64,000 nucleotides of DNA. Source: an uncultured Verrucomicrobiae bacterium (GTDB lineage Bacteria; Verrucomicrobiota; Verrucomicrobiia; Chthoniobacterales; Chthoniobacteraceae). This document shows, piece by piece, positions 55,626 through 64,000 of the stretch. Location of the stretch: the NCBI GenBank assembly GCA_963769025.1, contig CAVYKI010000003.1, forward strand, positions 480,001 to 544,000, written 5' to 3'. Numbering within the stretch: the stretch's first letter is position 1; each line of letters begins with the position of its first letter. The notes beneath the pieces were generated by a model. The model was not told where the DNA came from. It saw only the letters and a program-made list of their open reading frames with translations, and made no database searches. The position numbers and the translations under genes were made by a program.

Positions 55626-58394
55626 TCACGGCTCGCTGAATCGCACGCGGAAAAAATGGTCCGCGCCGTTCAGGGGAACGGTGATGGTGCGCAGGGTGTC
55701 AGCGGCGGGATAGGTGGGCAGATTGCCGGGAGCGTTCCAAGTGTGCCACTCGCCCAGGTCGCCGCTGGCCTCGATGATTGCAGAGCGGTTTGCCGGCTGG
55801 GTGAACTGGACTTGCAGACTGCCGCCGAGGATCTGCATCGCGCCGTAGTTCCAAATGCTGGAAGCCGAGTTCGGATTTGTGCGGGTGAAATATTCCAGCT
55901 CATTCGTGCGCCCGTCGCGATCGGGATCGTCGCCCGCTGCGCCGACGGGTGGTGACTGCGCGGCGAGCCATTGCGCGAAACTCTGCCGCGTGGTCAGCGA
56001 GGCGATCCAGTCGGTCATGAGCTGCTCGTTCGCGAGATCGCGTTCGTTTGTCGCCAGTGGCGGCATGCGCGGGACGCCGTTGCCCTGCTGGCGCTTGAGC
56101 ACCATCGAATGCGCCGCGTCGCCGGGAACCGCGAAACGATTGTCTGCGTCGCCGCCGTCATTGATGAGGAGACCGTTGATCAGATTCGCGGCGTCCGTTT
56201 TCGTGCCGTGGCGCGCGTCCCATGCGCCTTGCGAAGGGCCGCCGGGCTGGTGGCACTGCACGCAGTTCACCGCGAGATAGGAGCGCACGCGCCACTCGAG
56301 CGACTGCGTGGTGTCCGTCGCGGGCGCGAAGGCCGGGAGGTTGTTCACGCCGCTGACCAGCGCGCTGAAGTAGCCCGCGTTGCTCAGCGCCTGGATCTGA
56401 TTTTGCGAGGTGCCGCCGAAGTCATGCGCGCGGTTCATCTGCGGCGTGTTGAAGCTGAGTGCGTGGCCGCCCGCCTGCGTGTGGCAGGTGAGGCACTCGC
56501 CACGGCTCGGATACCGCCACGTCTGCGAAGGGCTGCTGCTCGGGATCGCTTCGGAAAGGCCGGACTCGGCCACGAGATCGGCGTCGCTTTGATCCGTGCG
56601 CCACTTGTAGCTCAGGCCATACACGTCCGTCGCCGTCTTCACGAGGAAGCGCGTCTCCAGCTTGCGCCGCGTCGCGGGGACTCCGCGCGTGGTCTCGATG
56701 TCGAAGTGCTTCACCCACACCATGCCGCCGGGGAACGACCAGTTGCCGGCGCTGTTGAAAGTGATCGTGTCCGTCAGGTTCCTGATGCCAAACCAGCGCC
56801 TCTTGATCGCGTAGTCGCTCCAGAAATCCACATTCGGCGCGTATGCCACGATGCCGGCGTTCGGTGCGAGCGTCGTCAGGTTTGAAAATGCGCCCGTCGC
56901 GGAGAGGGTCGCCGGTGGCGCGGTGCCGCTGGTGCCGCTGCGGGAGATTTTATAAATGGTGCCCAGGAGGCTGCACAGCAGCGGTTCGCCGTCGCGCGGG
57001 TCCGTGCCGTAGTCCACGATCTGCGCCCGCGTGGTGAGGTATTGCGCGGACCACACGCCCGGGCTCGCCTCGGTGAGCGCCGCGATGATGCCGCCGTTGC
57101 CGTAGATGTCGCCGAAGATATATTTTCCCTGCAACTCGGTGAGCTGGTTGCCGCGATACACGATGCCTCCGCAGACCGAGACGCCGTAGATGGGGCCGCC
57201 CGCCGCGTTGTCGCTCACATACTCGAAGATGGGATCGATGGGACTGAAGCCGGTCGCGGGCGGCGCGTTGGTGTTGCCGGGCGAATTGTCCGGGAACCGC
57301 GGCGGCACGGTGGCGGATTGGTAGTAGGCGTGCTTCCCTTCGCGCCAGCTCCAGCCGTAGTCGCCGCCCTTCACGACGATGTCCACCTCCTCCCAGTCGA
57401 GCTGCCCCACATCGCCGAGGAAGATGCGCCCAGTCGGCGGATCGATCGTGAAGCGGAACGGATTGCGGAAGCCCGTGGCGAAAATTTCCGTGCGCACCGT
57501 CGTGGGATCGATCGTCTGGCCGTGCCAGCTTGTGAAGCCGATGAACGGATTGTCCGCAGGCACCCGGTAGGCGCCCGCGTGGATGGCGCTCGGGTGGCTG
57601 GTGGAGTTCGTCTGCGTGTGGGTATTCGGAAGGAGGTTCGCGGGGTCGCCGTCCACATCCAGCCGCAGCATCTGACCCCAGAAGTTTTTGTTGATGAAGC
57701 GCGCGTTGTTGTACTGGTCGCCGCCGCCGCCCTCATCGCCGAGCGAGAGGTAAAGATAGCCGTCCGCGCCGAACGCAAGGTCGCCGCCATTGTGGTTGCC
57801 CGCCGCATCGCGAATCGTGAGCAGGGGCGCCATCGTCGCCGGGTTCGCGCTGGCCGCCGCGTTGTAGTTCTCGGTCGCCGGATTCGAGTCCGGATCGGTT
57901 GCCTGAAAGCGCGCGAGCCTCTGATGCAACTGGCCGCCGACGGTGATGCTGAACCATAGGTAAAAGTAGCCGTTCTTGTTGTACGCCGGATGAAACACCA
58001 TGCTCAGCAGGCCATTCTCGCTGTCCGTCGGGAGCGGCGTGCCCTGCGCCGTGAGATACGTCGCCAGATCCATGAAGGTCGCCTGCGATGGATTCGCCGT
58101 GCCCAGATTGTTCACCACCCGCACCACGCCTGCGCGCTGTGCCACATGGAGCCGGTTCGTTTCGCCGGCCGGAAAGGCCGTACACATCGGACTCGCGAAA
58201 GTCATCGGAGTGCCGTTGGAATAATTGATGGCACTCGTGGTGGTGTATCCGGTCGCGACCGGCAGGCCGGCGGGGAGGTTCAGCGTGGTGGCGGCTTCAC
58301 GCACGAGCTGGCCGGTTGCCGGGGAGTTCATTCCTGCGGCGAGGCAAAGGACCATCGCAAGAATACGGGAGCGGGGCGAGGATGTGGGATTCAT
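55626..58394 (-). CDS. Secreted glucose/sorbosone dehydrogenase-like propeller fused to a diheme cytochrome c domain
   Basis: ENGLLSMVFHP, NHNGGDLAFGADGYLY, GFRNPFRF, GDVG..WEE; WSDYAIKRRW, LETRFLV, CLTCH, CVQCH, RMPP. Confidence 0.87.
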   Translation of the reverse strand: MNPTSSPRSRILAMVLCLAAGMNSPATGQLVREAATTLNLPAGLPVATGYTTTSAINYSNGTPMTFASPMCTAFPAGETNRLHVAQRAGVVRVVNNLGTANPSQATFMDLATYLTAQGTPLPTDSENGLLSMVFHPAYNKNGYFYLWFSITVGGQLHQRLARFQATDPDSNPATENYNAAASANPATMAPLLTIRDAAGNHNGGDLAFGADGYLYLSLGDEGGGGDQYNNARFINKNFWGQMLRLDVDGDPANLLPNTHTQTNSTSHPSAIHAGAYRVPADNPFIGFTSWHGQTIDPTTVRTEIFATGFRNPFRFTIDPPTGRIFLGDVGQLDWEEVDIVVKGGDYGWSWREGKHAYYQSATVPPRFPDNSPGNTNAPPATGFSPIDPIFEYVSDNAAGGPIYGVSVCGGIVYRGNQLTELQGKYIFGDIYGNGGIIAALTEASPGVWSAQYLTTRAQIVDYGTDPRDGEPLLCSLLGTIYKISRSGTSGTAPPATLSATGAFSNLTTLAPNAGIVAYAPNVDFWSDYAIKRRWFGIRNLTDTITFNSAGNWSFPGGMVWVKHFDIETTRGVPATRRKLETRFLVKTATDVYGLSYKWRTDQSDADLVAESGLSEAIPSSSPSQTWRYPSRGECLTCHTQAGGHALSFNTPQMNRAHDFGGTSQNQIQALSNAGYFSALVSGVNNLPAFAPATDTTQSLEWRVRSYLAVNCVQCHQPGGPSQGAWDARHGTKTDAANLINGLLINDGGDADNRFAVPGDAAHSMVLKRQQGNGVPRMPPLATNERDLANEQLMTDWIASLTTRQSFAQWLAAQSPPVGAAGDDPDRDGRTNELEYFTRTNPNSASSIWNYGAMQILGGSLQVQFTQPANRSAIIEASGDLGEWHTWNAPGNLPTYPAADTLRTITVPLNGADHFFRVRFSEP

Positions 58395-58578
58395 GGGGAA
58401 GAGCGGAGCGGCCTGAAAGCGGGTCCGATCCAGATCGGGAAAAATGGACACCCGGTTCGCAGGAGCCGCAAGGGAAGCCGGGTGCAATCCGACACGCTCG
58501 CAGGCAGGACAGGCTCGAACCTGACTCTTCACAGTGGGTCCTGGCAGCCTTCCAGAAACTGCCGCCACCGCACGGACC

Positions 58579-60015
58579 TTACGCGAGGATTTCCTTTACG
58601 ATCTCGCCGTACACATCCGTCAGCCGGATGTCGCGGCCGCTGAAGCGGAAGGTGAGCTTCGTGTGATCGATGCCGAGCAGGTGCAGCATCGTCGCGTGCA
58701 GGTCGTGGATGGCCACCTTGTTCTCGACGGCCTTGTAGCCGTAGTCGTCCGTCGCGCCGTAGGTCACGCCGCCCTTCACGCCGCCGCCGGCGAGCCACAT
58801 GGTGAAGCCGAACGGATTGTGATCGCGCCCGTCCTTGCCCTGCGCGAACGGCGTGCGGCCGAATTCGCCGCCCCACACGACGAGCGTGCTGTCGAGCAGG
58901 CCGCGGGACTTGAGATCCTTCAGCAGCCCGGCGATCGGCTGATCCACGGCGCGCGCGTTCTTCTCGTGGCCGTCCTTGAGGTCGCCGTGCTGATCCCAGC
59001 GGTCGCCTGCGCCGTTCGGGCAGGTGAGCTCGATGAACCGCACGCCGCGCTCGACGAGCCGCCGCGCGAGCAGGCACTGCGCGCCGAAGGTCTGCGTCTG
59101 CGGCAGCTTCGCGTCCAGCCGTAGAGTTCGCGCGTCGCGGCGGTCTCCCCGTCGAGCGTCCATGAGTTCCGGCACGGCGGACTGCATGCGGTAGGCGAGT
59201 TCGTAGTTGGCGATCGCACTTTCCAGCGCATCGAGCTTTCCAAAGCGCGAGACGACTCCGCGATCGAGCTTCCGCATCAGCGCGAGCTTGTGCTTTTGCA
59301 GCGCGGCGCTCGCCTCGGTCGGCGTGACGTTCGCGACGGCATTCGCGCCCGTCTTGAAAATCGAGCCCTGATACGTCGCCGGCAGGAAGCCGCTGTTGAA
59401 GTTGTCGAGCCCGCCCGGCGGGATGAGCCCGCCATTCAGCACGACGAAGCCCGGCAGGTCCGCATTCTCGCTGCCGAGCCCGTAGCCGACCCACGCGCCC
59501 ATGCTCGGCCGACCTTGCAGGCCGCTGCCGGTGTGCAGGAAGTAATTCGCGTTCGTGTGCTCGGAGAACTCGCTCGTCATCGAGCGCACGATCGCGAGGT
59601 CGTCGACGCACTGCGCGACGTGCGGGAACAGCTCGCTGACCGGCGCGCCGCACTGCCCGTACTGCTGGAACTTCCACGGCGAGCCGAGCGTGCTGCCGTT
59701 GTTGTTGAACTGCGTCGGCTCCATCTTCATCCCGAACGGCTTGCCGTTCTCCGCGGTCAGCCGCGGCTTCGGGTCGAACGTGTCGACCTGCGACGGCCCG
59801 CCGTCCATGTAGAGGAAGATGACGCTCTTCGCCTTCGCCGGAAAATGCGTCGGGCGCGGCGCGAGCGGATTGTGCGGCTCCGCGCGGACGACTCCGCCGA
59901 ACGCCTTGTCAGCCATCAGCGCCGTGAGCGCGATGGCACCGAAGCCGTTCGCGCAACGCGCGAGCATTTCGCGCCGCGAGAGCGCGCGTGGGGAAAAGTT
60001 TCCGCAGTGGTGCAT
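58579..60015 (-). CDS. DUF1501 family protein (short compensating frameshift near 59120-59155)
   Basis: [66 protein letters not shown]. Confidence 0.92.
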   Translation of the reverse strand: MHHCGNFSPRALSRREMLARCANGFGAIALTALMADKAFGGVVRAEPHNPLAPRPTHFPAKAKSVIFLYMDGGPSQVDTFDPKPRLTAENGKPFGMKMEPTQFNNNGSTLGSPWKFQQYGQCGAPVSELFPHVAQCVDDLAIVRSMTSEFSEHTNANYFLHTGSGLQGRPSMGAWVGYGLGSENADLPGFVVLNGGLIPPGGLDNFNSGFLPATYQGSIFKTGANAVANVTPTEASAALQKHKLALMRKLDRGVVSRFGKLDALESAIANYELAYRMQSAVPELMDARRGDRRDARTLRLDAKLPQTQTFGAQCLLARRLVERGVRFIELTCPNGAGDRWDQHGDLKDGHEKNARAVDQPIAGLLKDLKSRGLLDSTLVVWGGEFGRTPFAQGKDGRDHNPFGFTMWLAGGGVKGGVTYGATDDYGYKAVENKVAIHDLHATMLHLLGIDHTKLTFRFSGRDIRLTDVYGEIVKEILA

Positions 60016-60018
60016 GGG

Positions 60019-63000
60019 TCAGTTGAGGTAGATGAATTCCTTCACGTTGAACAGCACGTGCGCGAAGTCAGCCCATGCGCGGTCGTCGCCTTTGGGATCC
60101 TTTGCGCCGTAAAGCGCGCGCTGTTCGGCGAGGAAGGTGTTGGCGTCGGCGAGCTCCTCCGGCGTCGGTGGCCGGCTGAATGCGGCGAGATACATCTGCC
60201 GCACGCGCTGCGTCGGGTCCGTGCTCGCGGGCGTCCGCTGCGCCCACAGCTTCGCCTGCTCCACGACGAACGGATCGTTCATCAGGATCAGCGCCTGCGC
60301 GGGGACGTTCGAGACGTTGCGTCGGCCCACCGAGTTGAACGGAATCGGCGTGTCGAAGGCGAGCATCATGGACGGCAGGAAATTGCGGCGCACGGCGGTG
60401 TAGATGCTGCGGCGACCGTCGCCGTCGAGCGGACCGCTGCGGCTCGGCTTGCCGCGGCCATCCATGAATGCGCTGAGGAAAACCGGCACGGGCGGGCCGC
60501 CGAGCTTCGGATCGAGCCGCCCGGAAATGGCGAGCATCGCGTCGCGGATGGCCTCGCCTTCGAGGCGGCGGAGGTTGGCTCGGTGCAGGAGGACATTCTC
60601 CGGATCGGCCTGCTCGGCGGCGGAGTCCGCCGGCGCGCTCGACATCGCAAAAGTGCGCGAGAGCACGAGCTCGCGGATGAGCTTCTTCACCGACCAGCCC
60701 TGCTCCTTCACGAAACGCGCGGCGAGATGGTCGAGCAGCTCGGGGTGCAACGGCGGCTGGCCGAGCACACCGAGGTTGTCCATCGAGGCGACGATGCCGC
60801 GTCCGAAGAGGTGATGCCACACACGGTTCACGATGACTCTCGATGTGAGTGGATTCGCAGGATCGATGATCCGTTGCGCGAGTCCCAGGCGTCCGCTGCC
60901 GCTCTTGGGTTCCGGCTGGTTCGGGCCGGCGATGGCTTCGAGGAATCCCCGCGGCACCATCGCGGCGGGCACCTTTGCCTGGCCGCGCACGAGCAGGAAT
61001 TCATTGATGCCGCTCCCCTCGAACATCGCGGGCGCGGTCTGCGATGTCGGGCGGATCTTCGCAGTCAGTTCGGATTGCTGCGCGACGAGCGGCTGCACGT
61101 TCTCGACGAGCTGACGCCGCGCGGGGCTGCCTGCCGGCGCGAAGAGGACGAGCTTCCGCACGAGCCAGTCCGCGAGCACCGCCTCGTCGCCGATCTTGTC
61201 GTTGCGGATTTTTTCACACACGCCGGCGAGCGCGCGCTGCGTCGCCTCGGCGAGTGTGAGCGGTGAAGTGACCTTCGCATCGTGCAGCGCGGAGAGCAGC
61301 ACCGTGCTTGTGGCATCCGGCAGAGGCGGCCTTTCCGCAGACTGCACGACCATCGCGATGGCGAGATCGCTGGCGCCCACGGGGCTGAATTCCACATGGA
61401 GCCGGTGCCCGGTGTAGGCCGTGAGCGGATGCTCCACCCACTGCCAGTCATCGTTCTTGGCCTTCCATTCCTTCAGCAGCGCGCCGTGCAGAGGGCCGCG
61501 GACGATGAGATGCGAATCCACTGCCGCATAAGCGCGGCCCGCGCCCTTCACGAGATACCACAGGCGCTCACCGGCGAGCTTCACATCCGGCGTGCGCAGC
61601 GTCTGCTCGGAACGCTCCCACGCGCCGAGCGTGCCCACGTCGCGCTCGACACCTTTGGTCGCGAGCGATTTCCACGCCGCGTCGCGCACGGCTGCTGCGC
61701 GCACGGCGATGCCGAGGAGCGGCTGGTCGGCGGTGCCGCCGAAAATCGGATCGCCCGCGTGCAGCGGACGCTGTCCGAAGCTGAAGCCATCCTGCATCCA
61801 CGGCGTGGCTCCGGTGCGCGTGTAGTCGGCGACGATCTGCTCGGGCGAAAACTTGAGTACGCCCGTCACCTCGCGTTTCTCCATTTCCGCGAGCACCGGC
61901 GCGAAGGCCTTCGCAAATGCCTGCGCTTCGTCCGCCTTCGGATCCGCCGCGATTTTCGCAAATGCGTGAAGCGGATTCTGCGCGTCACCCTTCGCGGCCT
62001 TCAGTTCGGCGGCGAGACTCGCGATGAATGCCGAATCATTCGCGCCTTCGTCCGGCGGCGGCGTGCCGTTCGGGACGCGCAGCACGCCGCGCGCGGCCAT
62101 GAGCGCATCAGCCAGCCGCGAAACGCGCGGCTCGATCGCATCGGCCACATTTTTCAAAAGCGCCGAGCGTGTCGCGGTGCGCACGCGGTCGAGCTGCTGC
62201 GCGATTTCCCGGTGCGGCTCCAGCGTCTCGAAGCGCGCCTGCCGGTAGCCGCTGCTGATGAGGTAGCCCTGCAGCGCGTAGAAATCGCGCTGCGAGATGG
62301 CGTCAAACTTGTGGTCGTGGCAGCGCGCGCAGGCGATGGTCACGCCGAGGAACGCCTTGCCCATCACGTCGATCCGGTTGTCCATGCGGTCGGCCTCGTC
62401 CTGCCGGATGTCCACTGGCGAATGGACCTCCTCACCGAGGAACCAGAAGCCCGTGCCGATGATCGATTCATTCGCGCCGGTCTGGGCGTTCATGCGCGGC
62501 GGGAGAAGGTCGCCCGCGATGTGCTCGGCGGCGAATCGGTCGTAAGGCACGTCGGCGTTCAGCGCGCGCACGACGTAATCGCGATACTGCCAGGCGTTCG
62601 GAATTTCCGGATCGAATTCGTGCCCGCGCGTCTCGGCGTAGCGCACGAGGTCGAGCCAGTGCCGAGCCCAGCGTTCGCCGAAATGCGGAGAGGCGAGGAG
62701 GCGATCCACAGTTGCCTCCAGCGGTGACTGCTGACTGGTGACCTTTGACTGGTATTCGCGCACGAACGCCTCCACTTCCCCGGCTGTCGGCGGAAGGCCC
62801 GTGATGGCGAAAGTGAGGCGTCGGAGCAAAGTCGCGGCGTCAGTGTCCGGCGCGGGCTTCAGCCCTTTCTCCTCCAGCTTCGCGAGGATGAAACGGTCGG
62901 CATCCGTGCGCGGCCATTCCGCAAATTTAGAATCCTTCACAGCGGGCACCGGTGGATTCACCACCGGCTGCCAGCACCAGTGCTCCTGCTTTCGCTTTGC

Positions 63001-63459
63001 GAGATCGAAAATCTCCTTCGTCGTCACCTTCGCACCCGCCTCCTGCGGCCACGGCGCGCCCGCCTTCACCCAGGCCTCGATGTCTGCGATCTGCTGCGGC
63101 GCGAGCGCCTTTTTCGGCGGCATCTGCATGTCGGAGTTCTTCCAGCGGATGGCCTCGACGAGCAGGCTCTTCTCCGGATCGCCGGGCGTGATGGCCGGGC
63201 CGGTGTCGCCGCCCTTGAGCCACGCCTCGCGGCTGTCGAGCATCAGCCCGCCCTTGAGCTTTTCCGAAGTCGAGCTGTGGCACTTGTAGCACTGCTCCGA
63301 GAGCACCGGCCGGATGCGCTTCTCGAAAAACTCCACGCTCTCCGCAGGCTCCGCCGCAAGCGAGACGCCGCAGGCGAAGATCGAAACCATCGCGCCGAGG
63401 ATGCCGGCGGTACGCAGTTGGTTCAGGATGAAAGTCACGGTTGAAGGTAACCCTCGCAC
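60019..63459 (-). CDS. Planctomycete cytochrome c + DUF1549/DUF1553 protein (start uncertain; 63438 or 63390 possible)
   Basis: FFEKRIRPVL..CYKCH, MPP, HWCWQP, FGERWARHWLDLVRYAET, CARCHDHKFD, HPELLD, RRSIY, HVLFNVKEF. Confidence 0.92.
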   Translation of the reverse strand: MRGLPSTVTFILNQLRTAGILGAMVSIFACGVSLAAEPAESVEFFEKRIRPVLSEQCYKCHSSTSEKLKGGLMLDSREAWLKGGDTGPAITPGDPEKSLLVEAIRWKNSDMQMPPKKALAPQQIADIEAWVKAGAPWPQEAGAKVTTKEIFDLAKRKQEHWCWQPVVNPPVPAVKDSKFAEWPRTDADRFILAKLEEKGLKPAPDTDAATLLRRLTFAITGLPPTAGEVEAFVREYQSKVTSQQSPLEATVDRLLASPHFGERWARHWLDLVRYAETRGHEFDPEIPNAWQYRDYVVRALNADVPYDRFAAEHIAGDLLPPRMNAQTGANESIIGTGFWFLGEEVHSPVDIRQDEADRMDNRIDVMGKAFLGVTIACARCHDHKFDAISQRDFYALQGYLISSGYRQARFETLEPHREIAQQLDRVRTATRSALLKNVADAIEPRVSRLADALMAARGVLRVPNGTPPPDEGANDSAFIASLAAELKAAKGDAQNPLHAFAKIAADPKADEAQAFAKAFAPVLAEMEKREVTGVLKFSPEQIVADYTRTGATPWMQDGFSFGQRPLHAGDPIFGGTADQPLLGIAVRAAAVRDAAWKSLATKGVERDVGTLGAWERSEQTLRTPDVKLAGERLWYLVKGAGRAYAAVDSHLIVRGPLHGALLKEWKAKNDDWQWVEHPLTAYTGHRLHVEFSPVGASDLAIAMVVQSAERPPLPDATSTVLLSALHDAKVTSPLTLAEATQRALAGVCEKIRNDKIGDEAVLADWLVRKLVLFAPAGSPARRQLVENVQPLVAQQSELTAKIRPTSQTAPAMFEGSGINEFLLVRGQAKVPAAMVPRGFLEAIAGPNQPEPKSGSGRLGLAQRIIDPANPLTSRVIVNRVWHHLFGRGIVASMDNLGVLGQPPLHPELLDHLAARFVKEQGWSVKKLIRELVLSRTFAMSSAPADSAAEQADPENVLLHRANLRRLEGEAIRDAMLAISGRLDPKLGGPPVPVFLSAFMDGRGKPSRSGPLDGDGRRSIYTAVRRNFLPSMMLAFDTPIPFNSVGRRNVSNVPAQALILMNDPFVVEQAKLWAQRTPASTDPTQRVRQMYLAAFSRPPTPEELADANTFLAEQRALYGAKDPKGDDRAWADFAHVLFNVKEFIYLN

Positions 63460-63534
63460 AGTCCGTTACGGAGGACCAATTTCCACCAATTCTCACCGCC
63501 TTCGAGCAGCGCGAGGGAACACCACGTCCCCCCG

Positions 63535-64000
63535 CTACTTCATCGGCGCCCCATCGAGCGGCGTGCCGTTGGTGTCGAGGATCTGGAATTCGTGGATGCC
63601 GCCCTTTTTCTCCCGCTCAAAGGTCCACACGACCTTCTTGTCGCGCGTGACTTCGAGCAGCTTCACCTTCTGGTCGCCCGCGCCGTAGCTGGTGATGACC
63701 GTGTTGCCGTTTGGCAGGCGCTGCGCGCCGCACGGGTCCTTGAGCAGCGGTGCAGGAAGGTCGGCGTTGGTGAGTTGCCAGACGATCTTCGCGGATGCGT
63801 CCACCTCGACGACCGTATTGCCGTTCGTAAGGGTCACGAGCGTGTTGCCATCGGGCAGGCGGATGGCGGTGAAAGGCCACGAGTTCTTCGGCTCCTCGGG
63901 CGACTTGAATTCCCACACGATTTTCCCCTCGGGCGTGTATTCGCGCACGACCTTGTCGTGGAGCTGCGGCACGAGGTAGTTGCCGTTCGCGAGCTTGCGC
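63535..64000 (-). CDS. C-terminal part of a beta-propeller protein; 5' end outside window
   Basis: Repeats RKLANGNYLV, RLPDGNTLV, RLPNGNTVI each followed by E....GK.VW. Confidence 0.75.
   Translation of the reverse strand, partial: RKLANGNYLVPQLHDKVVREYTPEGKIVWEFKSPEEPKNSWPFTAIRLPDGNTLVTLTNGNTVVEVDASAKIVWQLTNADLPAPLLKDPCGAQRLPNGNTVITSYGAGDQKVKLLEVTRDKKVVWTFEREKKGGIHEFQILDTNGTPLDGAPMK

Overview
High-GC bacterial chromosomal window with a PVC-superphylum gene content, most like Verrucomicrobia (inference): a DUF1552/DUF1592 pair, two DUF1549-1553/DUF1501 pairs, DUF1080, PQQ-type propellers and Tat-exported oxidoreductases, interleaved with housekeeping genes (purC, lepA, valS, thiD, apaG, fabV, glcD-like). 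Many genes, including the essential valS, are broken by 1-bp indels, so I treat these as assembly errors and give joined coordinates. I saw no rRNA, tRNA, CRISPR array, integrase or transposase. The best candidate for an undescribed system is the coupled unit at 34323-36986. It encodes a tetraether-synthase (Tes/MJ0619)-like radical SAM enzyme, a small AT-richer 3-TM protein ending in a lipobox-like YAGC, and a non-canonical Lgt-like protein. A duplicated radical SAM 3' end suggests the small gene is an exchanged cassette. The window also has several families of short inverted/periodic repeats (GTAG-REPs, 9-mer, 7-mer), some inside coding sequence including valS and the radical SAM gene, and a three-way-junction RNA leader in front of an orphan ORF at 54914. 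All family calls come from motif recognition, not database searches.
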